Source: Camelus ferus (taxonomy: Eukaryota). From it: a stretch of 64,000 nucleotides of DNA. The stretch is taken from the NCBI RefSeq assembly GCF_009834535.1, contig NC_045696.1:7566001-7630000 (forward strand). The letters are read 5' to 3'. A program made the translations under genes and the position numbers. The notes under the pieces are model-generated. The model had not been told where the DNA came from. It made no database searches and was given only the letters and a program-made list of their open reading frames with translations. Positions 25,120 to 36,506 of this stretch are shown piece after piece. How positions within the stretch are numbered: the first letter of the stretch is position 1; the number at the start of each line of letters is the position of its first letter.

Positions 25120-25885
25120 CCCTGTTAGGCTAGGGAGAGGTACCCTACAGGAGAAGTGAGGAGGGGTCATCTGCTGCAGGGGTGGGAGCCAGGCCTGAGC
25201 ACGCAGCAGGTTCAGGGCCATCCCCCTTAAGGGAGGTGCTGGGGATTGAACCCAGGACCTCATGCATGTCCCAGCTTGCACTCTACCACTGAGCTATACC
25301 CCCTACCCCACATTTGCTTCTTTCAACATCACACCCGCTGGAGGACGACCACCTCATTCTGCAGTGTCATCACCTCACTGAAGAGGGTGGTGTGGTCCTT
25401 CTTGGTGAGGAAGTTGGTGTCTCAGGAGGTGACAGAGCCCACCAGCTTGCTGCCCCTGGTGCCCGTCTCAGTGATGGGGAGGCCAGAGACACCATGCTGA
25501 ATCTTGGCCTACATCCAGCACATTGCCCATGGTGTGTGAGGGGCTTGGCACCATGGGGTCTGTGATGGAGCCCAGCTCATAATTCTTGACCTTCACACCT
25601 CGTTGGCCTGGAACTCTGGGGGACAGTTGTGAATGGAACCAAGACTACCCATCAGAGCCATTGCGTTAGCCAGTCAGCCTCTGTCTCAGTTTTTGTGGGG
25701 CAGGAGATCAGCCTGATAGTCTGAGTCAGGGCTGAAGTCAGCTTCATCACATCAGCTGTGACGTCTGTGAATCCTGGGAGGTTCAGGAAGTCATTGTAGG
25801 TGAGGCCATGGGCGAGGAGCTGCTGGGTGGTGGGTAAGTCCCTCCTCAGGCAGGTGGCTGGGGCCCTGCAGGTCAGGAGACTTGA
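25120..25885 (-). pseudogene. IMPDH1: IMPDH1 processed pseudogene fragment (about codons 4-198 plus a probable piece of 3' UTR), interrupted by a SINE
   Basis: Minus-strand translation gives [82 protein letters not shown] and PAGVMLKEAN. These are IMPDH1-type rather than IMPDH2-type residues. Intronless, with frameshifts and a stop (TGA at 25424-25422). Confidence 0.9.
25227..25309 (-). mobile_element. tRNA-Ala-derived SINE lacking its tail, inside the IMPDH1 retrocopy
   Basis: Reverse tRNA head only; no poly(A) or TSD visible. Confidence 0.85.
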
Positions 25886-26180
25886 TACCTGATGTAAACA
25901 CCTGCTACCTTGGTCCTTGCTCGAGGGTAATTTTTGTATTGCCGAAGAGTCTATTCAGAAACCTGCTTTTTGTTTAAAATAATGTTTTTCAATTAATTAA
26001 AATTATAAATTAAAGGATCAGTTAGGTTGAATCATGAAATTTTTGATATTTGGTATTTTTTTTTAAAACCTTATAAAGAGTCCGTTTCATTTGGTAGCCT
26101 AATAGTTCTTCTGTGGGCTTTTAAATACAGCTTACCATTCTTAGAAGTTTAGGAAGTATTTGTGATCACTTTTAAGGGAA

Positions 26181-26275
26181 TTTTTTTTTTTTAACTGGAG
26201 ATACTAGGGACTGAACCCAGGACCTCATGCATGCGGAGCATGCGCCCTACCGCTGAGCTGTCCCCCCTGACCCCC
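26181..26275 (-). mobile_element. tRNA-Ala-derived SINE, short form
   Basis: Poly(T) plus reverse head, flanked by GGGAATTTTT repeats. Confidence 0.83.
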
Positions 26276-27087
26276 CATCCCACCCCGGGAATTTTTGAAT
26301 AATATTTATCCTGTTTACAAACTTGAATATCAAACATTTTGTTTTTGGACTCTAGGTGCATAGACTTGGGTGAATCATCATCCTTGGTCAAAATGCTCTC
26401 TCATCATTGGTCCATGCGTGGCCCTCTTTCAGTCATGGATTTGAAATTACATGATAAATAGCCGTGAACTCACCACTCAGTGTGGAAACTAGGAGTGTTC
26501 CTGTGTGCACCCCACAGAGCGTATACACTTGTTCTGCGTCGCCTGCTCCCACTTTCCTCCGTGCCCGCCCCTGTTTTCTTTTTAGGTATATAAGTTGTCT
26601 GAATGAACAAACACCACCTTTCTGAGCACTTACATAATTCCTATAAATTATTAAACTTATAAATGTAGTAAGCTTGATGTTTTCTTGTATATATTCTAAT
26701 ATGATGTCTGTTTAGTAAGATTTCAACTTAAAACCAAAGCCAAGTTTTAAAAAAATACTGCAGTTACATAAAATACTACAGAAGCACAGATTTCTTTTTA
26801 ACACAAAAATGTGACTGCTGTGCTCTTAGTTTCCCAAGTCATTGTTACTTAATACACATCTTTATATGTGTAGCATTTTAAAGAACATAGTTACTGTATA
26901 ATATAGGTACGGGCTAGGCTGCTGTAACAAAGAGACCCAGAACCACTGTGGCTCAAACTGCTAGAAGTCTACTCCTCTCTTGGGGAGGTGGTCCTGCTCT
27001 GTAAGGCCATCCAGGGGCCTGTTCTATTCTGGCCAGGATGAGGCCGGAGGGAAAGATGGGGCTGGAGTGTTACTTGGGAAACCACCT

Positions 27088-27645
27088 TGATGCAGTGGGA
27101 ACTTCTAAGAACACTGCCAGGCAGGCTATCCCAGCGGTCACAGAAGAGAGAGGCTTGCAGACCAAGTTAAGATGTGCAAATAGCACAGTTTATTAAATCA
27201 ATTCAAAATGTACAGCAAGAAGCAGACAGAGAGTTCTGTGGTCAGTTAACACTTAGGATGGGGTTCCCGAGGGATGGAAGGACTGCACACCTGAATCCTG
27301 AGCTATGCAGTGGCCGCACATCCTGCCTGTCTCCTGCACCAGCATCCCTGCTAAGGGTGTGGTTATAAGGATCAGGGTTGAGGTTAAATAGGGGGCTCAG
27401 GAGGTGGAGGATGCCTGTGGTCAGCCCATACTCACTCTGTTGGAGAGACTGGGACACATATGCCTGGAAGAGCTGTGATTTGCCAGGGAGCTGCAGCGAA
27501 GCTGTGCGTTTTACCTGTGTTTCTAGGTAGGATATAGGTAGGGGCCCTAATGAGTGGCTGATTTAGGGATGACAACTGTCATTCTGGAGGTGGCATGATT
27601 TGTGTCTTACTAATATCTAAAGATTTACTAGGTCCACCCATGACT
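27088..27645 (-). mobile_element. Possible ERV1-class solo LTR
   Basis: About 560 bp, with a minus-strand AATAAA near 27190 about 100 nt before a ...GCATCA end. No clean TSD found. Confidence 0.35.
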
Positions 27646-28442
27646 TTGTGCCTAGGAGGAACGCTCTCTTTCGTTCTGTTTTTCTGTGTTCACCATTTGT
27701 TTGTTCCATTTGTTTCACTTTTCTTTAGCGTGTCTTAAAAGTTTCTGACTCAATACATCTATGAGCTTCATCCATGCTGTTTGTTTTTGTTTTCTTTGCA
27801 GCAAAATTGAATGTTCTTTCATGGTATGGCACATACATGTGATACATAGATCAAAAAGGTTTATATGTACTTGTTGGTAATTTGGACTTTTTAGCCAAAT
27901 TTTTTTTCTTTTTTTTCTTTCAAGCAGGATGAGCAGTTTTGTGTGTTAGAAAGACCACAATTTAGGCAGATTGGAGACCAGTCCGAGGGAGGCAAAACTG
28001 GACAGAGTGTACTTCATGTGGGGGCAGAGACTCGCCTTGAAGCATAGTGGTAGCAGGAAGGGGGAGGCAGAGACAGATAAGCTTTTTATGAGATGATGAG
28101 GGATTTGGGGAGGATGGCGGATCATTCCTGGTGACAGGGACCATGGTGGGAAGGGCTGGTGGAGGGGCCCCTATAAAGAATGCAGTCTTGCACATTGTTT
28201 TAGTGAGCTTTGCTGAAATAGCAGATGGCCTCAGAATTTCAATGGCTTCTAACAGCAAATCTTTGTTTTGTGCTCATGTTACCAGCAGGCTCAGCAGGTT
28301 TGCTGCTGCCGCTTCAAGCCATGGCTGCTGCGGGCTCTGCTCTGTGCATCTTTCTAGTGCAGGGACCAGGCCAAGAGGGCGTGTCCATCTTTGGACGTGC
28401 AGTTCTCCCTCAGAGGGGAGAAGAGACCTAGCCAAGATTCAG

Positions 28443-28929
28443 TGTGGTAGGTTTATGATGGCTGCAAATTCCTTCCTCTTACTGAGAGGTGGAGGGTTGT
28501 ACCCTTCCCTGGAATCGAGGCTCAGCTTAGTGATTTGTTTATCTGATAGGTGGGAGAGACATTCTGGGACTTCCTAGGCTACATCATGAGAAACCTTGCA
28601 GCTTCTGCCTGGGCTCTCGGAACGCAGCTCCCGTGCTGTGAGGCAGCTCAAGCTGCCCCGTGGCGAGGTTCCCACAAAGACCTGAGGTCCTCAGCGGACA
28701 GTCCTAGCCGAGGTCCCAGCTGGTAGGCAGCTCTACCCTGCCAGCTGTGTGAGGAAGTGGATCGTCCAGGCCCAGCTGAGCCCCACCTAGCAGATTGCCC
28801 TTTGGAGCAGGGTTGAGTTGTCTTTGTAAAGCTCTGTCTGTCCAAACTGAGATTGTGAGCAAAATAAATGATTGGTGTAAGCCATTACGTTTTCGGGTGG
28901 TTTACTATGCAGCAGGGGGTAACAGAACA
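28443..28929 (+). mobile_element. MaLR solo LTR (MLT1F/G/H-like)
   Basis: Starts tgtggtagg and ends taagccattacgttttcgggtggtttactatgcagcag...aacagaaca. Confidence 0.7.
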
Positions 28930-29624
28930 CTTGGGATGTCTGTTAAAACTTCTGCTCTTCCTCAGCTTACCTGCACCAGTGGGGCAGGGAGATGGAGTGG
29001 GCAGTGAATCATTATGGATGCTAAGATGGTACACTGTAGACACTGGGCCTCAGGTGCTTATGGGGCATCTAAAGAACACACACAATATAAAAGGTTATGA
29101 CAACAAGGATATTCCTAATGCTTTCTGATTAGCTCTCAGTTACTCAGAAAACTAGACCACCTTTTTCCTTGAGTGTCTGGTCAGTCACGGTTTTGCAGAA
29201 CCACCTTAGGTCTCTCCTGGCTCAGTTTATCGTTTCAGTTCTTGCTTACTGTGGACTTGACGTATTCCTCATGTTGTCATTGATTTTCCAATATCCTTCT
29301 CTTAAAAGCGTAAAGGGCATATTATCTTTTTAAATACTAGAGAGTGAAAATGAATTCTGTAGTACTCCAGTATCCTTTCTGTTTCCAAACCCAAAAGGCA
29401 GTGAGGATAACCGAAAGTCAGAAATAACCTCTTCCCCTTACTTTTATAGTTTCAGATTCTTCACATCTCTGTGTGTCTAGCCCTCCTTCATCCAATTCAT
29501 TACTAGATGTTTAAAAAAACCTAACATGCAATTAAGTTAATTTGGAAGAGCAAAAACAACAGCCAAAAAATTAGCAGTGTTGATGATCTGACATTGATCT
29601 TACCCAGGGTGACTGATGGTAACT

Positions 29625-30110
29625 TGTATTTGTCTGGGTTCTCTTGAGAAACAACATATAGGGGGTGTGTGTGTGTGTGTTTAAAATATATATATATCTA
29701 ATATACATATATATGGGAGGGGGAAGAGGAGAGAGAGAGAAAGAAAAAAAAAAGATTTATTTTAAGGAAATGGCTCACATGATTTTGGAGTCTGGTGAGT
29801 CCAAAATCTGCAGGGCAGGTTGGAGGCTGGACACCCAGGGAAGAGTAGATGTTGCATCTTGAGTCTGAAGGCAGTCTGGAGCAGAATTCCCTCTTCCTTG
29901 GGGAACCTCGGTGTTTTTCTTATAAGGCCTTCAACTGATTAGACAAGGCTCACCCACATTGTGGAGGATAATCTGCTTTACTCAAAGTTTATCATTTTAA
30001 ATGTTAATCACATCTAAGGCGCAGCTTCACAGTCACCTCTGGACTGATATTTGGCCAAATATCTGGGTACTATGGCCTAGCCGAGTTGGCCCAAAAGATT
30101 AACCATCACC
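29625..30110 (-). mobile_element. ERVL solo LTR (MLT2-type) with an internal (GT)/(AT)/(GA) microsatellite
   Basis: tttattttaaggaaatggctcacatgatt...attaaccatcac. TSD-like taact/taagt. Confidence 0.82.
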
Positions 30111-31509
30111 TAAGTGGTTGTTGAGATTTCTGTTCCCCCATTTGGTGTAGAACTTCAGTTCAGCATCTGCTGCAGTCAGGCTGAAGAGAATTTAACCTAG
30201 TGCCTCTAGTCCCAGGGCCCCCTTCCTCATGCACATGTGGAGTTAAGTGGAGCAGACACTGCACTGCCTGCTGTAATCCAGGCAGCCTCAAGTCAGGAGC
30301 TTCGGCTATGGAAGGGCTTTCTGCCCACTGCTCCTGAGAGGGAATCCCTTTGTTTGGGGCTGACCAGGGTCTTCCATGGCTTTGATTTTTAGGAGTAAGT
30401 CTTTTGCTTGACTTTCCCTTTCTTTCTCTGCCCCTTTGTCTCCATCTCGAAATGCAAATAGGAGTGCCCTGTTTGCTTTTGGCCACCGGACAGCAAACAC
30501 CCTGGACGAATTCTGGTGCCAGTGTGGCTGGGCTTTGATCAGGGCCGCAGCGCTGCTTGGAGGCGTTTGCATGGTCTGTGGCTCATGGACCACGTTCCTA
30601 GAAAAAGGAAATGCACTTAGGTGAGGAAGCAGCTGGCCAGTTGAGAAACGTGATCTGGCCCGGGTGTCTGTTGTTCTCGAGCCCCTTCCTGCTCTGCCCT
30701 GCCCTTTGCTTTGTTTATCTCCTGCTTCCCTCCTCCTGGGTATGAGGATTTCATTGCTGGCTCCTTTTATGCTGAGTGTTTCCTCTGAGGCACAGCCCCA
30801 TGCCCGCCCTGCTACAGCAGGGTGCTAAATCAACGCCTGAACAACTAGATTCTGGGCTGGGTCTCTGCTGGCTGAGCATTTCCCCTGGTCCTTTGATTGC
30901 TGGCAGTAGCGCTGAGAACAAAGATGCTTTTAGCCTCATGCAGGAGGTTGCACCGATCCTTTTCAGGTTTCCCATTCACCCTCATCTGAAAAGTCAGCTC
31001 CTGCCAAGGGATTGGTTTATCTTCTCATCCTCCAGAGCTGACATCCTTCCTGCATTCTCAAAGCTGGAAATCAATGAAATATCTGTCTGAATTGTAAACT
31101 TCAACTCTTCATCTTGGATCAAAGGTGTCATGTTTGAAATGCAGAGTCCTCCTGAAACACTGGTCAGGCTCGACCCTCCAGGCAAATCCTGCTCCCTCTG
31201 GCTGTGTGTCTGGGAGGAGGTGTGAGAAGTACGTGGTAAAAGGGAGGGAAGGCTACAAGTGGAGCTAAGAGAAAATTCTGAGGTTTCTCTTTCTCCAAAT
31301 ATTCTAGATTGATTAGTGATTTTCAACCTTTTGACCATAAAGACTTGCATTTATTATTTTTCTCTCTAAGACAGTGTTTCTCAACTTTAAAAATTATTGT
31401 TTGCCTAAGGAGAAAAATTCAGTTTGAATTTTCTTTAAGGAGAGAAATGAAATACTAAGGAATAAAGATTTTGTAGGGTAGGGTTGAATTTTAGAGGATT
31501 CGACTCTTT

Positions 31510-32845
31510 TCTTTTTCTTTTTAAGATTAAAATAGAATTCACATACCATGAACCATATGTAGTTACAATTCAGTAGTTGTGTGGTCATCACCACTACTTA
31601 TTTCTGGAACACTTCCAATGCCCCCAAAAGAAACTGTACCTGTCAGCAGTCACTCTGCAGTCCTCCTTCCTAATGCTATAGATTTATCTGTTTTGGATAT
31701 TTCATATAAACTGAATCATATAATATTTCACCTTTAGTTATTGGCTTCCTTGACTTAGCATAGTGTATTCAAGATTCATCTACATTGTAACATGTGTCAG
31801 TTTCATGGCTGAATAATATTCCACTGTATGGATATACATGTTTGATTTATCCATTTGTCTGTTGATGGACATTTGGGTTGTTTCCGCTCTGGCTGATATG
31901 AATAAAGCTTCTATGAACACGTGTGTACAAGTTTTGTGTTTAGACATAAGTGTTTAGTTCCCTTAGATATATACCTAGGAGAAGAATTTCTACCCCTAGG
32001 GTCATCTGACAACTCTGTTTAACTTTTTAGGAACTGTTGAACTCTTTTCCAAGGAGGATACACCATTTTACATTTCTACCAGCAGTTATTAGGGTTCTAG
32101 TTTAACCACATTCTCAACATTTGTTACTGTCTATCTTTTTGATGATAGCCATCCTAGTAGAAGATGAAGTATCTCATTGTGATTTTGATTGTATTTCCTT
32201 TATCCAGTGATTTTTGAGCATCTTTTCAAGTGCTTATTGCCACTTGTATATTTTCTTTGGAGAAATGTCTTTTAAGATCCTTTTCCCATTTTTAAATTGG
32301 GTATTTGTCTTTTTATTGTTGAGTTGTGAGGATTCTTTATATATTACAGACACAAATCTCTTATCAGATACATGATTTGCAAATATTTCTCCCATTTTGT
32401 GAATTGTCTTTTCACTTTCTTGAAAGTGTTCTTTGAAGCTCAAAGTACTTTTGATGAAGTCCAATTTGTCTATTTTTTTCTTTTGTTGCTTGTACTTTTG
32501 GTCTCTTATCTGAGAAACCAGTGCCTGATCCAAGGTCATGACGATTTACGCCTATGTTTTCTTCTAAGAGTTTTGGAGTTTTCGCTCTTCTATTGAGGAT
32601 TTGATCCCATTTGAGTTAATTTTTATACCTGGTAATACATGGTATGAGATAGGGATCCATCTTCATTCTTTTGCATGTGGATATCCAGTTGTACCAGCAC
32701 CATTTGTTGAAAAGATTATTCTTTCCCCTGAGAATTATCTTGGCGACCCTGTCCAAAATCAGTTGTCTACAAATGCATCTGTTTATTTCTATACTCCCAG
32801 CTCTACTCCATTGATCTATATGTCTATCTTTATGCCAGTTGGACC
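31510..32845 (-). mobile_element. L1 (L1MA/MB-like) 3' portion
   Basis: Antisense L1 3' UTR and ORF2 remnant. ORF 32234..32539 resembles the L1 ORF2 C-terminus (KIDKLDFIK, IFANHVSDK). Confidence 0.88.
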
Positions 32846-33239
32846 TTGACTTTTAAACCTCAGGCTTCCTGGATGAGCAAATATGCTTAGGGCAGAAGTG
32901 ACTTGGCTTGTGGGAATTCCCCTTACCTCTGTAGGTTCAGGATTTACCCCAGCATTTAGCCTGGAATTTCTTCATTATCTAGTCAATTCTCCAGTGCTTT
33001 TAAGATGATGTTTTCTTTATTTATCCAGCATCTTTTCATTGTTTTCAGCAAGAGTTACTTCTGAAAACCTAGCCTACCGATATAAAAAACAAAATTCACA
33101 AGTATATATCTCTGATCATGAAATTTGGGGCACTGTATCCCTGAGATTTTTGGGAAGTAGGGAAATTATTCAATATGGCATCTTAGAGAAGGAGCAGTAT
33201 ATTCAATATTGCTTTTAAAGCCAGATTCACAATATCTAA

Positions 33240-33480
33240 TAATAGCAGCTTTCATTAATTGAGCACTTTTTCTGTCCCAGGCTTTCTAATGGTGGCTGTA
33301 CATAAACTCTTCAATCTCATTAACATAACAGACCTGTGGGATGATGGGTACTGTCATTATTCCTGTTTTATGAATGAAGACACTGAGACTTGAGAGGGTC
33401 TGAGACTTGCCTAAGGACACACAGTGATGATTCGCTGAGTTTGACCCAGGCTTCGGACTCCAGATCCAGGCTCTGCACCC
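33240..33480 (-). mobile_element. MIR SINE
   Basis: attattcctgttttatgaatgaagacactgagact...gacttgcctaaggacacacag, antisense MIR core. Confidence 0.7.
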
Positions 33481-33639
33481 CAAGGGGCTCCCCTTCTCCT
33501 TGTCCCTGTCCCATTCTTTTAAGAACCCTGGAAGGCTGGAAGGACTGCCGTTTTGTCTGCTCTCATTTCCTCCTGTCCCCCTTGTGGTGGAAATGTGAAC
33601 TGCGACAGGTGGGGGCTCTCTGGAGAGTCCCTGACAGTG

Positions 33640-33790
33640 GCTATCACATTAAAACTTCTGATTCCTGGGCTGCAACTCCAGACAGTCTGAAGCCCCAGAC
33701 AGAGTGTAGTGCCCAGGACATGAAGTTTTCATGTGCTCCCAGGGAGTTCTGCTGCACTGGGCCTTGAACCCCACTTTGAGAAAAGCTGGG
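33640..33790. mobile_element. MER5-type relic
   Basis: gattcctgggc...cccagggagttctgctgcactgggccttgaaccccactttgagaa. Confidence 0.5.
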
Positions 33791-34168
33791 CTACATCATG
33801 AATCACTGGATACTGTGTGCTTGCTGTCTTCTCCTATTTCCTGCTACCGAGGGCAGGTTTATGCTTTTCCAGTATCTGGGGAACAGCCCTTTCCCCTCAT
33901 AGTCCCTTGAAAAGCAGTTAAGACTTGAATTACTTTTAAATGAGGGAGTTACATTTAGTGCTTTGTAAACCTGCTTGTCAGGTAGAAATGAGAAGGTTTG
34001 AACCAGGAAAACTTTGATGTTAATAAACTGCAATTATCTAGTTATTCATTGTGTTTGACCATCATTTACTGGTGGGAGCAGAAGGGAAAAAGTAAGGTAT
34101 CTGGTTATTTTAGAGAAGAATAATCTCACTCTGTCTTTCTTCCTCCTCCCTCACCCACCTTTTCTCAG

Positions 34169-34331
34169 ATTGTAAAGTGGTCGGACTGTTGTTTGCCATT
34201 AGCTTGCAGACCTGGGGATCCTTATCAGTTAATCGCCAGAGCAAGTGTGGATGACTTCAGCAAGCTGGGGGTGGCGTTCCTGGAAGATAGACTCCAGATG
34301 GCTAATGGGCTGATACCCCAAAAGATCGTCT
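34169..34331 (+). CDS. HLCS: HLCS coding exon 3 (IVKWSDCCLPLACRPGDPYQLIARASVDDFSKLGVAFLEDRLQMANGLIPQKIV-S)
   Basis: Not in the ORF track; translated by hand. Acceptor ttttctcag|ATT and donor TCT|GTAAGT. 163 nt, phase 0-1. Contains the EDRLxMxNGL segment that opens the 726-aa human isoform. Confidence 0.95.
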
Positions 34332-35562
34332 GTAAGTAACTTTAGGAAATGTTTTTATCGTAGCAGGATGCCATAGTTATGAGCTTAAGGACTGTGGAGC
34401 CCCCCTGTTTGGTATGACTTAAGGGTAGAGCTTATTTTGCAGCTTAATTCAGTCAAGAGTGTGGATGGACCCATAATAGTATAATATTCATGTATGTGTC
34501 AGGGTTTTTTTGAGTTGCGTATCCCTGCATATATCATTAGTGCTTTTAAAATTTTTAAACAAGGATTTCCCACAGTTGCATTGTCCATGAGATGTCATGC
34601 AAATTTAGAAACTGTATAATATTTATTTTACACATTTTAATATAGGGTAACTAATTTCTAACCTATAGTTCAGTTAAATGGAAAGCATAGCCAGTGTTAC
34701 TATGGAGTCCTAAATCTAACAGTTTTCTACTTAAAATATATATATTACAATATTTTGGGACATGTCTTTTCTTGGGAAATACGCAGAATATTCTTCCTTA
34801 TTTAGGCTTAAAAGTAGGCTTTCTATGTCCATGTAAGTGTTGTTTTTTGCACATATATATTTAAAATTTTATTTTATTGAAGAATAGTTGACTTACAAGA
34901 AAGTCTTCATTTGTATCTTGAGCCAGTGAGTGTTGCCAACTCTGGAAATTTGTGTAAATCACTTAATTTCCCTATTTGCCATCTGCATGTGCCTACTACT
35001 ATGTCAGATGTGTGGCAGGTGCTCAGTAAATTGTTTTTGCATCAGTTATTGTAAACTTATATTCCAGTCCTGAGCTAAGACCCTGGGGAAACCTTTCTCC
35101 TTGGTTTATACTATGAAGTGTCCAGAGTGTGCCTTTTTCCTGGGGCATGCATGGATAGACTCTAGATATGTGCCTTTTTTGTTTCTTAGTTTTGTTATCA
35201 TATAGGAGATTGACACCCAAGAAATTGGTTCTGTAAGTAAGTAGGCAAAATCACCTCCCTGAATCTCACTTCTTCACCAGTCAGTAAGTGGGTCTGAGGT
35301 TTCTGGCTCGTATGGGAAAGGTGTTGTGGAAACTCACAATTTCTCTTGGGGTCATCAGGGGCACCCTCCTAGCAGGTAGGAGGGGGTTATGTGGTTCTCA
35401 AGGAGGCCTCAGAGTTGAGGGCGGAGGCGGGGGTGGGGTGGGCGGTGAGCGGGCTGCCCTGGAACGTAAGTCATGGAGTGCAGAAAGTGCCCTGAAGTTT
35501 TGAACTGAGCTGTGCGACAAATCAAAAGATTTGATGGACTGTCTTTTCTGTTCATGCTTTAG

Positions 35563-36506
35563 CGGTGCACTTGCAGGAATCCGCTCTGAAGGAACTTAAG
35601 GATCAGGCCTCAGACACTCAAGCCCGGACCCTACAGCCCAACGGGGAGTCTCCGGTTGAGAGTAAGCCTGAGCCAGACGCTATGGAGCACATGGGCAGAA
35701 GTGACTCGCAGGTACTTGGATCTGCACCCACACAGGGGAAAGGCAGTGCCCCTGGAGGTGAGCCTGCTGGGGAGAGCGACAGAGAAGTGGGCTCTGTTGA
35801 GCACTGTCACCTCCATCTGTCCAGCTGCCATGAGTGTTTGGAGCTGGAGAACAGCACCATCGAATCCGTCAAGTTTGCCTCTGCAGAGAACATTCCAGAT
35901 CTTCCCTACGATTATAGCAGTGGTTTGGAGGGGATTGCTGACCTCAGCCTTGAGAGAGAAGGGAGGAGAGTCAACATCACAGGAAAGGCACCCAACATCC
36001 TTCTCTATGTGGGCTCCGACTCCCAGGACGCCCAGGGCAGGCTCCAGCTGGTCCGGTCGGCCCTGGCTGACTGCGTGGACACCGACTGTTACACTCTCTA
36101 CCACCTGTCCCCGGAAAGTGCGCTCAGGGACCCGTGGTCGGACAACTGTCTGTTGCTGGTCATTGCCACCAGGGAGCCAGTCCCCGAGGACCTGTCCCGG
36201 AAGTTCATGGCCTATCTTTCTCAGGGAGGGAAGGTGCTGGGTCTGTCTTCATCCTTCACACTTGCCGGCTTCCGAGTGATGAGCAAGGCCCCGCTGCAGG
36301 ACACAGTGCAGAGCCTGGTGTTCTGCAAGGCCGACCAGAGCCGGGTGAAGCTCAGCGTCCTGAGCAGCGGTGGTGTTTACGAGGGGGGCCCTGACCAGCT
36401 GCTCAGCCTGGGCAAGCTCCAGGGCCACCTGGACAGCGAGGATGAGGACAGGCTGATTGTGCAAGTGCCTTTTGGAACACGTGGAGGAGAAGCTGTGCTT
36501 TGCCAG
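35563..36506 (+). CDS. HLCS: HLCS coding exon 4 (944 nt; VHLQES...[35 protein letters not shown]...[11 protein letters not shown]...GGKVLG...GGEAVLCQ), N-terminal domain region
   Basis: Acceptor gctttag|CG completes the split Ser codon (T+CG). Donor CAG|GTACGG. Corresponds to the first 314 codons of ORF 35565..36770. Strong HLCS similarity. Confidence 0.97.

Noticed and set aside
32234..32849. ORFs resembling reverse-transcriptase-element protein (also 4575-5040 and 60121-60884)
   Set aside because: Fragments or antisense readings of decayed L1 ORF2, not intact genes.
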